Origin: an uncultured Thermoleophilia bacterium
GTDB taxonomy: Bacteria > Actinomycetota > Thermoleophilia > Gaiellales > Gaiellaceae
Length of the DNA stretch: 64,000 nucleotides
Direction of reading: 5' to 3'
NCBI GenBank assembly: GCA_963736945.1
Contig: CAVTQW010000009.1
Span: 199,201-263,200, forward strand
The position numbers and the translations under genes are program-made. The notes beneath the pieces were generated by a model. That model did not search any database and had not been told where the DNA came from. It saw only the letters and a list, made by a program, of their open reading frames with translations. Positions 49,992-59,902 of the stretch are shown here, piece after piece. The first letter of the stretch is position 1. Each line of letters begins with the position of its first letter.

Positions 49992-52913
49992 GTGCTGGTC
50001 TGTGCGAGCTGCGGTCATGAGAACAGCGACGCCGCCAGGTTTTGCGAGGCGTGTGCTGCCCCGCTAGGCGGCGGCTCGGGCGAGCGCCGGAAGGTGGTGA
50101 CGGTGCTGTTTTGCGATCTGGTTGGTTCGACGGCGTTGGGAGAGCAGACGGATCCAGAAGTGCTGCGGGCACTGCTCGCGCGCTACTTCGAATGCATGAA
50201 CGCGATCGTCGAGTCGCACGGCGGCACGGTGGAGAAGTTCATCGGCGATGCAGTTATGGCGGTGTTCGGGATCCCGGCTGCGCACGAGGACGATGCACTC
50301 CGGGCTTGCCGGGCGGCGGTCGAGATGCGGGACGCGCTGCCTGAGCTCGGGATCCGCGGCCGGATCGGGGTGAACACCGGCGAGGTCGTCACGGGCACCT
50401 CGGAGCGGCTGGCAACAGGGGACGCCGTGAACGTCGCGGCACGGTTCGAGCAGGCCGCCGCCCCGGGGGAGGTCTTGATCGGGGAGGCGACCCATGCGCT
50501 CGCCTCTGACGCGGTCGCGGTGGAACCGGTGGAGCCGTTGAGGCTGAAGGGAAAGTCTGCGCCGGTGCCTGCGTATCGGCTGCTATCGGTGCTCGACGTG
50601 CCGGACCGCAGCCACGCGTCCCGGTTCGTCGGGCGCGAGACGGAGCTTGCGCAGATCGTCGCGGCGTGGGAGCGAGTGAAGACGCAGGCGTGTTGCCAGC
50701 TGATCACCGTCACAGGCGACGCCGGAGTGGGCAAGTCGCGGGTCGTGGCGGAGGCGCTCGCCGCCGTCGAAGCTCGTGTGCTCCGGGGGCGCTGCCTGCC
50801 CTACGGCGACGGGATCACGTACTGGCCCGTGGTGGAGGTGGTGAAGCAGCTCGGGAAGCTGCCCTCGGACCCGGTCGCAGCGGCAGCGATCCGCTCGCTC
50901 CTCGGCGATTCGGACGTCGCGACCACCGCAGACGAGATCGCCTGGGCATCCCGAAAGCTGCTCGAGGAGCAGGCGCCGCTGGTCGTCGTCCTCGACGACA
51001 TCCAGTGGGGAGACGAGACGTTCCTCGACCTGGTCGAGTCGACGGCGCTGCTCTCGGCCGGCGCTCCGATCCTGCTCCTGTGCATGGCGCGTCCGGAGCT
51101 GCTCGACCGGCGCCCCGGCTGGCCCGGCGTCTTGCGGCTCGAGCCGCTGCCCGCCGAGCAGGTCGAGGCGCTGATCGGCGATCAGGTCTCGGGCGAGCTC
51201 CGGGAGCGGATCGCGTACGCGTCGGGCGGGAACCCGCTCTTCGTCTCCGAGATGCTGGCGATGGTGGCGGCAGACGACGACGTCGACGTGCCCCCGACGC
51301 TCAGGGCGCTCCTGGCGGCACGGCTCGACCAGCTGGACGAGCATGAGCGGAAGGTGCTCGAACGAGGAGCAGTCGAGGGCGAGATCTTCCACCGCGGGGC
51401 CGTGCAGGCGCTCGTACCCGGAGAGATGCAGCTGACGACGCGCCTGGCCGGGCTCGTGCGCCGAGAGCTGATCCGTCCCGACCGCGCCCAGCTCGCCGGA
51501 GAGGACGGCTACCGCTTCCGCCACTTGCTGCTCCGGGATGCCGCCTACGACTCCCTGCCCAAGGCGATCCGCGCCGACCTCCACTCCCGCTTCGCCGATT
51601 GGCTGGCCCAGCATGGCCTGGGGCTCGTCGAGGTCGACGAGATCATCGGCTACCACCTCGAACAGGCGACCCGTTACCTCACCGAGCTCGGCCGCCCCGA
51701 CCCGGATTTGTGCGAGCGCGCTGCCGAGCGGCTCGCCGCCGCGGGCCGGCGCGCGAAAGACCGCCTCGACGGCCGGGCCGCGACCTCCCTCCTCACGCGC
51801 GCCGCCGAGCTTCTGCGCCCGCACCGCCTCGACGTCGCGCTCGAGTTGGAAGCCGCCTGGGTGACGAACGATCTCGATGGTCGCGCGGCCGTGCAAGCTG
51901 CGGACGCGCTCGCCGACCGCGCCGCGGCCTCGGGCGACCGGTCCGGTGCTTCGCTTGCCCGTGCAACAGGCCTCTGCCTGCGTGTGATCAGCGGCGAGCT
52001 CGGCTCGTACGACGAGCAGGAGGCGCTCTGCCGCGCAGCGCTTCCGTTCGAAGAAGAACGTGACGATCCCAGGCGGCTCGCGCTGCTGTGGTTGGCCGTC
52101 GGCGTCACGGCCCAAAATCGGATGCACTGCGACGACGCCGTTGCCGCCCTCGAGCGGGCGTTCCACCACTCCCGGCGTGCGGGCGACTCGCCTTCCTCCA
52201 TCACGCTGGAGCTCGACTGGGCGCTGATCCTCAGCCCGCGCCCGGCGGACGAGGGCCTGCGGATACTCGACGAGCTCGTGCCTGGACGACCGCCTGGGGA
52301 CAGTGACCTCGCCCGAGCGGTGCTGCTCGCGATGCTCGGCCGCACCGACGAGGCGTGGCCCCTCGCCGAGGCGCGGTCGGAGCATCTTCGCGAGGTCACC
52401 GGCGGCATTTGGGCGGACGCACACCTCGCGGCGATCGCGATCGTCGAGGGCGATCGCGAGCGCGCATGTCGGCACCACAACGCTCTGATCGAGGCCCTAC
52501 CACCTGGCACCGACGGCATCGCCGCCTCGTTCAGGCTGCCGCTGGCCCGGGACCTCTGTTACCTCGGCTGCCTCGAAGCCGCGGAGCGCGAGCTACATCG
52601 GGCGCAGGCGGTCGAGCCCGGCCCGGTCGGTCGGTCGCTACGCCCGACCGTTGAGGCTCTGATCATCAGCGCGCGCGGCGAGCTCGAGCGAGCCGAGGCT
52701 CTCGCCCGCGCAGGACTCGCCGCCGCAGAGACCGAGACGGACAACGTCTTGCTCCAAGGCTGGGGTCACGAGGATCTCGCGACCGTGCTCATCGGTGCCG
52801 GCCGGATCGACGAGGCACGCGCGGAGCTCGAGCGCGCCGTGGGGATCTTCGAGCGGAAACGCTGCCTAACGTATGCCGAGCGCCTCGGCCGACAGATCGA
52901 CTTGCTCGGGTAG
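49992..52913 (+). CDS. Zinc-ribbon + class III adenylate/guanylate cyclase + STAND ATPase + TPR-like protein
   Basis: CxxC..CxxC, FCDLVGST, KFIGDAVM, GDAVNVAAR, GDAGVGKS, LVVVLDD, GGNPLF. Confidence 0.9.
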   Translation: MLVCASCGHENSDAARFCEACAAPLGGGSGERRKVVTVLFCDLVGSTALGEQTDPEVLRALLARYFECMNAIVESHGGTVEKFIGDAVMAVFGIPAAHEDDALRACRAAVEMRDALPELGIRGRIGVNTGEVVTGTSERLATGDAVNVAARFEQAAAPGEVLIGEATHALASDAVAVEPVEPLRLKGKSAPVPAYRLLSVLDVPDRSHASRFVGRETELAQIVAAWERVKTQACCQLITVTGDAGVGKSRVVAEALAAVEARVLRGRCLPYGDGITYWPVVEVVKQLGKLPSDPVAAAAIRSLLGDSDVATTADEIAWASRKLLEEQAPLVVVLDDIQWGDETFLDLVESTALLSAGAPILLLCMARPELLDRRPGWPGVLRLEPLPAEQVEALIGDQVSGELRERIAYASGGNPLFVSEMLAMVAADDDVDVPPTLRALLAARLDQLDEHERKVLERGAVEGEIFHRGAVQALVPGEMQLTTRLAGLVRRELIRPDRAQLAGEDGYRFRHLLLRDAAYDSLPKAIRADLHSRFADWLAQHGLGLVEVDEIIGYHLEQATRYLTELGRPDPDLCERAAERLAAAGRRAKDRLDGRAATSLLTRAAELLRPHRLDVALELEAAWVTNDLDGRAAVQAADALADRAAASGDRSGASLARATGLCLRVISGELGSYDEQEALCRAALPFEEERDDPRRLALLWLAVGVTAQNRMHCDDAVAALERAFHHSRRAGDSPSSITLELDWALILSPRPADEGLRILDELVPGRPPGDSDLARAVLLAMLGRTDEAWPLAEARSEHLREVTGGIWADAHLAAIAIVEGDRERACRHHNALIEALPPGTDGIAASFRLPLARDLCYLGCLEAAERELHRAQAVEPGPVGRSLRPTVEALIISARGELERAEALARAGLAAAETETDNVLLQGWGHEDLATVLIGAGRIDEARAELERAVGIFERKRCLTYAERLGRQIDLLG

Positions 52914-53695
52914 GCCAAGTCTGACCTGGCGGACGATTGAGATGTCCGCTCGTCGGTCGGTCGTATCGACGTGTCACGGTGAGGCCCCGGTGACGACACG
53001 CGGGCGATCGACGAAAAACGGGCCACGCTCGCCCGAGTTCCTCGGCGGGAGCGCGTCCTCAACGCACGCACGCGTATTGGATCGCCCGAAGTCCAGACTA
53101 CGCCCAGACCACGGTCTCGCAAACCCGGTGCTGATGCCGGTTTGCGAGCGACCCCTCCTTGCTTATAAGGTCGCTCTCCCGGACAGGGTTGGCGAAGACG
53201 TGGCCCCTTCGTGGCCCCCGGATCACCCCTGTCCGACCCTCCCCCGGCCGGCCCGGCGCGACAGGCCGACGCGCAGAGGGACGGCTGCGAGGGAAGGGCA
53301 GGCGGTGGCGGACGAATGCCGCTGCCCCGCAGAACCGCCTGGGAAATCCGTCCCGGCCCCGACCCCTCCCCGCCCGCCGCGACGCACGAGCCCCACGCGC
53401 CGTCGAGCAGCGGACGGCTCACCAAACAACTAACGATTGAGCATTCATAGGGCCGAGCGGTCGCAACCCATGGCAATGCAGGGGGCGCGCAAGCGGCAAG
53501 TAAGCGAACACCGCTGCCTTGGTTTGCGCCCCAGCGTTCATCTTGCTAGCCACGGCAGACCCCCTCTGGCCGAGAAGTTCAATCACGGGCCTGGCTCGTA
53601 GTACCCACAGGTTTCCTCAACACGGGGCACGTCCCGACAACAACGGGCCCACCGTCGGCAGGCCCGTTTGTGTTCGCTTGTGGGTTAGATACTTG

Positions 53696-53908
53696 CTAGT
53701 GGCCGTCGCGGTCGGAGTCGCCCGGGATCAGGTCCTCGGCGGCGTCGGACACTTTCTGGCCGGCGCTGCTCGCTGCGTCCTTCGCCCGGTCGGCGGCGTC
53801 GCCCGCCTTGTCAGCCGCGCGATGACCGGCGCTTGATACGTCGTCGCCAGCCTCACGCAGATCAGTCTCGACGGGGCTCGTGCCGCTGGTGCGATCGCTC
53901 TCACCCAT
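53696..53908 (-). CDS. Small hydrophilic (LEA-like) stress protein
   Basis: RBS gaaggag; AADKAGDAADRAKDAA; ends IPGDSDRDGH. Confidence 0.6.
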   Translation of the reverse strand: MGESDRTSGTSPVETDLREAGDDVSSAGHRAADKAGDAADRAKDAASSAGQKVSDAAEDLIPGDSDRDGH

Positions 53909-53943
53909 GATGCTCCTTCGGTTGAATGCCAGTACGTCGCGTC

Positions 53944-53969
53944 CTACCGTGCCGTGCAAAACGGCAAAC
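53944..53969 (-). promoter_or_regulatory. SigB/SigF-type promoter GTTT-N16-CGGTAG
   Basis: Near-consensus 35 bp upstream of the small stress gene. Confidence 0.45.
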
Positions 53970-54104
53970 CAGCGCGAGGCCAGACGGGGTCGGCCGATCG
54001 CCCATCTTGACGACTGACTGATCGGTCCGATCCTTTGGCGGTTTCCGGCACTTGGGAAGAAGAGGCGGTCGCGGCCACCGGACGCGGACGGCCGAAGACG
54101 GTGG

Positions 54105-54938
54105 TCAGATTCGGCGGTAGTGTGCGTCGCTGAATGAGTGGAGCGCGAATGCGATCAGGCCGAGCGCGACGAGGCTGAGCAGGAACGGGCCGAGTGTGTT
54201 GTGTTGGAGCTTGGCGAGGGCGCCGTCGAGGCCGATGGCTGCGCGAGCGTCGAAATCGACCGCTGCCTTGACGAGGAAGACCCCGATCAGTGTGAACACG
54301 ACCATGCGGGCGAGATGCCCGACCAGGCCGAGGGCGGCGATCATCTGTTTTGTCCGGACGCCCATCCGTTCGGTCTTTGCGTCGTCGAGGAACTCTTTCG
54401 TGATTCCGCGGTAGCCCTGGTAGAGCCCTACGCCGATCACGATCAGGCCTGCGGCGGCGACGATCCAGGTGCCGGCCGGCCAGCCGAACACGTCTCGGGA
54501 GGCCGTTGTGGGGGTGCTAGAGCTGCCTTTGGAGCCGGTCAGGATGCGGACGGCGACGATGAAGAAGCCGAAGTAGACGATTCCGCTCGCCAGTGCTGTG
54601 ACCCGGTCGAGGGTGCTGTCGTTGCCTTCGGGGCCGTGGCCGATCGCTGCTCGCGCGAAACGCCAGATCGCGTAGCCGCCGAGTCCGAGGGCGAGCAGTG
54701 CGAGGAGCAGTTTGCCGAGCGGCTGGTTGGCGACGGTGTGGAGTGCACCTTGCTGGTTTGTTGTCCTCCCTCCCTGCCCGATAGCGAGTCGCAGAGCGAG
54801 CAGCCCGATGATCCCATAGATCAGCCCCCGTGCGCCGAACCCGGCGCGGGAGAGCCATTCGAAGCCGTTCGACCGAACGACCTTTTCGCTCCCCTCGCGT
54901 ACGGCCTGGGCGGTTCCGGTTTCGGCGCCGTCAGTCAT
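54105..54938 (-). CDS. DUF1206 membrane protein
   Basis: LSRAGFGARGLIYGIIG, GLDGALAKL..LGPFLL repeated TM units. Confidence 0.85.
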   Translation of the reverse strand: MTDGAETGTAQAVREGSEKVVRSNGFEWLSRAGFGARGLIYGIIGLLALRLAIGQGGRTTNQQGALHTVANQPLGKLLLALLALGLGGYAIWRFARAAIGHGPEGNDSTLDRVTALASGIVYFGFFIVAVRILTGSKGSSSTPTTASRDVFGWPAGTWIVAAAGLIVIGVGLYQGYRGITKEFLDDAKTERMGVRTKQMIAALGLVGHLARMVVFTLIGVFLVKAAVDFDARAAIGLDGALAKLQHNTLGPFLLSLVALGLIAFALHSFSDAHYRRI

Positions 54939-54977
54939 CGCCGGTGACGCGTTCCGCCTCGACTGTCGCTGGCTGCA

Positions 54978-55859
54978 TCACGGTTGGTTTGGCACACGGA
55001 CGGTGATCGCGCCCGGCTCGACCTTGACCTTCAGCACTTTGGCGGGTCCTCTGTCGCCGCCGTCGAGTTCGTAGGCCACCTTGCGGTCGAGTTTGATCCG
55101 GATCTTCGTCGCCTTTGTCACTTGCACGAACGGCGACTTGGCGGTGCTTCCGACCGCGGTTCGGGCCACGGTGCGTGCCCACTGACCGAGACCGTCGGCG
55201 CTCGTGACGCCGACTTCGAGGAGCCCGTCGTCGGGCCTGGCGTTGTCGAATGCTTCGATGCCGCCGAAGAGGGAGCCGACGTTGCCGAGCAGGATGCAGC
55301 TGGCGCTGCCCTTGTACCAGAGCTCGTCGTTGATATCGATGCGTGCCTTGAACGGCTCGGCGCGGAGGTTCTTGGATGCCGTCCAGATGTAGGCGAGCCG
55401 GCCGAAGCGGTCTTTGAGGCCGCCGTCGGCCTCCTGGATCATGTGCGCGTCCAAACCGGCGCCTGCCATCACGGCGAACCGCTCGCCGTTGATCTTGCCG
55501 ACGTCGAGCTTACGATCGCGTCCCTTGAACCCGATCTCGACTGCTTTCTCGATATCGGCTGGGATGTCGAGACTCGAGGCGAACAGGTTCGCCGTCCCGG
55601 CCGGGATGATCGCCAAGGTTGCGCCGCTCCCTGCCAGCCGGTCGATCGAACGTTGCACCATCCCGTCGCCGCCCCAGACGAAGACGAGCTCGGCGCCCTC
55701 AGCGAGCACCCGCTCGACGCGCTCGGGCGCGTACTTGCTCTTTGGCACCTCGGACCACATCGGGTTCTCTACCCCGGTTTTCTCGAGCGTGGCGCGAAGC
55801 TCATCGAGCCCCCCACCGATTGTTTTGCCGGCGTGGGCGATAACTGCGACTTTCTTCAC
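54978..55859 (-). CDS. Diacylglycerol kinase family lipid kinase
   Basis: GGDGMV, IPAGTANLFA, GAGLDA, PDDGLLEV, ELDG. Confidence 0.9.
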   Translation of the reverse strand: MKKVAVIAHAGKTIGGGLDELRATLEKTGVENPMWSEVPKSKYAPERVERVLAEGAELVFVWGGDGMVQRSIDRLAGSGATLAIIPAGTANLFASSLDIPADIEKAVEIGFKGRDRKLDVGKINGERFAVMAGAGLDAHMIQEADGGLKDRFGRLAYIWTASKNLRAEPFKARIDINDELWYKGSASCILLGNVGSLFGGIEAFDNARPDDGLLEVGVTSADGLGQWARTVARTAVGSTAKSPFVQVTKATKIRIKLDRKVAYELDGGDRGPAKVLKVKVEPGAITVRVPNQP

Positions 55860-56626
55860 GAGGTTGATCCTTTCGTTGGGGTGGCGTCCCGCCGGTCGGC
55901 AGCAGCGCCCGCCGCACGGCACGCGAAGACGGTGATCAGGAGCGCGCCTGCGCCCATCAGCACACCAGCGGCAACGTCTGTGAGGTGGTGCATGCCCCGC
56001 TCCAGCCGCGACCAGATCACAAACGCCGGGATCGCAACCGCGAATCCCCACAGCAGGAGCCGCAGGGCGAGACTCTCGATCCGGGAGGCAAGCACGAGCA
56101 GCAGGCCCGAGAGCAAGGCGATCGCGGCGGCGGTATGCCCTGACGGATAGCTCGCGTTCACCGGCAGCGTCTCTAGCCGGTGCACCTCGGGGCGGTTGCG
56201 ATGAACGACGAGCGATGTAGCCCGGTAGGCGCCGGACTCGACACAGATCACAAACAGCGTGAACGCCGCCAAACGCCAGTGGCGGAAGCACAGAAACAGG
56301 ACGAGAAGCACCCCAACGAGGATCGGGATCACAATGCCGCCGGCCAACGTCGAGCCCACCCAGGAAAGATCGACGAGCGTCGAGGTGCGTGTTCCGGCCA
56401 GCCTTCGGTTGAGGTGCTCGTCCCAGGCCGAAACTCCACCGACACGAAGGATGACCTTCGTCAGCAAGAAGCCAGCGACGATCGTCAGCCCCACGAGCAA
56501 CGCGTAGCCGCCCAACGCCGCGGCAAGGAAGACACGGACCGGGTGGGTCGCACCGACCGCGTTCGCGAAACGATCCGCCGACCCAGCGTCGCCCGGCTCG
56601 AGCAACGGTGCTCCGGACCGGGCCAT
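55856..56626 (-). CDS. PAP2-family membrane phosphatase
   Basis: RNRP, SYPSGH, SRLERGMHHLTDV. Confidence 0.9.
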   Translation of the reverse strand: MARSGAPLLEPGDAGSADRFANAVGATHPVRVFLAAALGGYALLVGLTIVAGFLLTKVILRVGGVSAWDEHLNRRLAGTRTSTLVDLSWVGSTLAGGIVIPILVGVLLVLFLCFRHWRLAAFTLFVICVESGAYRATSLVVHRNRPEVHRLETLPVNASYPSGHTAAAIALLSGLLLVLASRIESLALRLLLWGFAVAIPAFVIWSRLERGMHHLTDVAAGVLMGAGALLITVFACRAAGAAADRRDATPTKGSTS

Positions 56627-57162
56627 CTCCGCCCGCGACCCATCCTTCCTGCTGCGCGCTGACTCACCCTCAAGCGCCCGAGGCAAGGCTGAATCAACGC
56701 TCACCAGGATCGACCTACAGACATCTGGTTCTGTTCCTCGATCGACTCTTCCGCCAATGTGGACCTCCCCATCTGAGTTCTCTGCAAGTGCACCATCCGC
56801 ATCCTGTGATGCGTTCGCAGCCGGGAAAGCCCTGTCGCTGACGGGCCACTGCTTCCCTGCATGCACGGTACGGCTGCCTCGATGCCGGCGCGACCACCCA
56901 ATCGCGTCAACCGCAGCCTCCGCTTAGCGGCGCGCCGCTCGCGCCGACCACGAGCCATCCTTTCTGAGACGGCTACGTCATCCCTTCGCGGGACCCGCCA
57001 CTCCTGCTGCCGCAGCAGCACCGCGCGGAGGTCGCCGAGGCCGTCGGGGCAGTCGTCGACCGGCAGGTCGGACGGCCCTGCCGACGCAGTTCCCGGCGAG
57101 GCGCCCGCCCGGGCTTCCTGAACAACACGGCGGCCACGCTCGGTCATCTCCTTGGCGCGAGG

Positions 57163-57415
57163 GTAGACAAGGCCGTCCGCAGCCGACAAAGGCGCCATCT
57201 CAAACGCGTCCACTGGGCCCACGCACTCGACCCCTCCGGACGATCATTCGCCGACGGAACCTTCCCGCCCCGTGCCGGGAACGCCCTGGAAGTGCTGGTC
57301 CACGGTTCTAAAGCGTTGCCGCGCATGGCTGCCGAGATCGCGGCAGCAACCTCGCACGTCCACATGACCGGCTGGTTCCTATCGCCCGAGTTGGCCCTGA
57401 GCCGAGAAAGTCCCG
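57163..57415 (+). pseudogene. Phospholipase D/cardiolipin-synthase-like N-terminal fragment
   Basis: PPRAGNALEVLVHGSKALPRMAAEIAAATSHVHMTGWFLSPE; no HKD motif follows. Confidence 0.6.
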
Positions 57416-57887
57416 CTCGATCCGAGCGGGAGCTCCGGTTATGTCCGCGGTCGTGGTGACGTGGCCGGAGCCTTCGACGAGGCCCATCCCGCAGAGTAAA
57501 TGGGTCACGCATTCGTCATCGTGAAACTGGGCCTTGAACGCTCGATCCGACGCTGCACTAGCCCAGAGCCAACGAGGGCCGGGGAGCCGCGAAGCGCGTG
57601 CTCTCGTCGAGGTCGTCGCCGAGCGGGCGTCCAGGCCCCGAAGTCGGTGTCGAGCCGCTTCGCCGTCCCCCGCCAGCGCCCTCCCTTGTTTCCGCTCACG
57701 GCGCGCGCGTAAACCGGGAAGATTTCTCGCGGATTGGCGCGAGTGTCACCGTGGATGCCCGCATGGGGTCGCATCCCACCCCTCGAGCGGCGGCCGGCGC
57801 GTAGGCGAGCGTTGCCATGTGCGCGCCGAGGGGGATAGTCCCCAGTCATCGAGAGCATGGTCGCCCCCGGACGAGCGACCAGTTGAT

Positions 57888-57913
57888 GTTTAGGCGCCGA
57901 CACCGTCGGGAAC
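57888..57913 (+). promoter_or_regulatory. SigB/SigF-type promoter GTTT-N16-GGGAAC
   Basis: 30 bp upstream of the 57944 ATG. Confidence 0.55.
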
Positions 57914-57943
57914 GAGAGGAGTCCCTGAACCGAGGAGCACTCC

Positions 57944-58156
57944 ATGCAGATCGATAAGCAGGGCGTCATCGACTTCTTGAAGAAGGAAGGCAAGGACGAG
58001 CACGTCCAGAAGGCAGTCGCCGAGCTACCGGACAAGATCGATCATGAGGAGCACGCCCAGATGCTGCAAGAGAAGTTCGGTATCGACGCGGGGAAGCTCG
58101 CGGCCCAGGGCGCGGAGAAGCTCGGTCTAGGAGCGTCGGGACAGTCTCCGTCGTGA
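57944..58156 (+). CDS. Small conserved actinobacterial-type hypothetical protein
   Basis: RBS gaggag; MQIDKQGVIDFL..AELPDKID..FGID. Confidence 0.75.
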   Translation: MQIDKQGVIDFLKKEGKDEHVQKAVAELPDKIDHEEHAQMLQEKFGIDAGKLAAQGAEKLGLGASGQSPS

Positions 58157-58160
58157 AGGG

Positions 58161-58532
58161 TTAGCTGCGCTGGAAGAGGCGGACTGTCGTTCCCTGGCGC
58201 CCAGACGTGATCTGGACGTCGGAGACAAGCGCTCTGATCAGCACGAGTCCGCGACCGCGATTATCGCTCGGATGTGGCTCGGGGATTCTCCAGTGGCCGT
58301 TGTCGCTGATCTCGATCACGAACCCCGCGCTGCGGGCGGCCGCTTTGACGAGCACGGGGCTTATGGAGTTGGAGTGCTCGATCGCGTTGGCGAGCGCCTC
58401 GTGGGTGGCAAGCACCACTGCCGCGCGCGGCGGATCGGGCAGCCCACGATGGTCAAGCCATTCGTCGAGCGTTCGACGCAAGGGCGCCAACGCCTCCAGG
58501 TCGTGCTCGACATGTAGCTCGAAAGGGGACAT
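58161..58532 (-). CDS. RsbW-like anti-sigma factor (HATPase_c_2)
   Basis: LATHEALANAIEH, ISDNGHW, GRGLVLIRAL, GTTV. Confidence 0.85.
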   Translation of the reverse strand: MSPFELHVEHDLEALAPLRRTLDEWLDHRGLPDPPRAAVVLATHEALANAIEHSNSISPVLVKAAARSAGFVIEISDNGHWRIPEPHPSDNRGRGLVLIRALVSDVQITSGRQGTTVRLFQRS

Positions 58533-58618
58533 GATGGACGGCTCCCGATTGTGCCCCAGGGCGTGGCGGTTCAACCCACACCCCGCTGGGTGCGTGAGAC
58601 GGCTACGGTGGCCGTCCT

Positions 58619-58957
58619 ATGGGCGACGATACGATCAAGGTCAGCTATCCCCGCGATGGGATCGCCCTCGTCGAGGTCTGCGGCGAGCACGACCTGACAA
58701 CGAAGGACGTAACCGCCAACCTCCTTGAACGGCTCGTGAGCGACAACGACGTCGTGGTGGTTGACCTGTGCTCGGCGACGTTCATCGACTCATCCTTCCT
58801 CAGCTGTCTCCTCGCAGCGGATCGGCGCGCAGCCGGGCAGAGCCACGAGCTACGGGTTCACGTCAGCGACAGCCCCAACGTCTCGAATGTTCTCAACATG
58901 AGCGGTGTCGCGGAAGTCCTCACGATCGTCAGTACACGCGACGAAGCGATCGCATAG
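58619..58957 (+). CDS. STAS anti-sigma factor antagonist (RsbV-like)
   Basis: GEHDL, VVVDLCSATFIDSS. Confidence 0.88.
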   Translation: MGDDTIKVSYPRDGIALVEVCGEHDLTTKDVTANLLERLVSDNDVVVVDLCSATFIDSSFLSCLLAADRRAAGQSHELRVHVSDSPNVSNVLNMSGVAEVLTIVSTRDEAIA

Positions 58958-59460
58958 TCAACCGCTTCCCGCTCGCGATCGTCAGCGCAGGCGAGGGTAT
59001 CGCTCGCTGACGGCGGGCCGAGCGGCGAGGTTGCTCCCGAACTCGCGCGCCTCGTCGATGCCGAGCGCGAGGCCGAAGCGAGGATCGCGCAGCTGGACGA
59101 TGACGAGAGGGCCGCTGCTGGCGACGTGGCGCGGCTGGGTGCCGAGCTGATCGCGCTTGAGAGGCGTGCCGGGAGGGGCGAGCCGGTCGCGAACAAGGAG
59201 CGCACCGTGGTCGAGAGCGTGGTCATCGCCGCAAGAGCGCGAGTCGCGGAGCCCGTGGCCGGAACGTCGGGCTGCGGCGAGAGCCGTTCTACGCGACCGC
59301 GCTGAGGAAACCCAACGCTTCGTGAGCGCCAACTTCTCGGCGTTGCTCGACGAGATGGAGCTGGACTGCGTTCCGGCCGCGCAGCGGGTCGACGCTGCCG
59401 CGCAGGAGCTTGTCGACGCTGTCGACTTCGCCGCAGAGCTGTCGAGGGAACGGTGCTTGC

Positions 59461-59655
59461 ATGAGCGAGCGCGCCTTCGACGAGCGCGATGTCTTCGCCT
59501 ACGGCAAAGCCGCGAAGGAGCAGCGCAGGTTGGAGCTGCATCACGCGCTCGCGGGCGGCGGCGAGCAGGACCAGCGCGACGACGACGCTGCTCTCGATCG
59601 TCTTGCCGACAGGCTCGTCGATCGCATGATCGCGCGGCTCAGGCAGGAGCCGTGA
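59461..59655 (+). CDS. Small hypothetical protein, mobile-element-like
   Basis: MSERAFDERDVFAYGK..; GTGA coupling to the next short ORF. Confidence 0.4.
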   Translation: MSERAFDERDVFAYGKAAKEQRRLELHHALAGGGEQDQRDDDAALDRLADRLVDRMIARLRQEP

Positions 59656-59902
59656 ACGCGCGGGAGCGCCTGCTCGACGAGCTGCTCGGCTCACGCTCGA
59701 CGACGATCACGACGACGACGCCGAAGACGATCGCCCCCTCGTTCGACGGCGGCGCACGACCTCTCGTGCCCCCGAAGGTCGACCCGGCGGAAGATCACGA
59801 TCGGCTCGTCGTCGCTTGCGAGCGCCGCTCTCGTGCATCGCGGCCTGACGTTCTGATCTGCCTTCCGCGTTACACCCGTCGTCGGGCGGGGAACAAGGGC
59901 GG

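Noticed and set aside
52920-53620. ORFs or structured RNA downstream of the cyclase
   Set aside because: No recognisable protein motif, RBS or convincing RNA family signature
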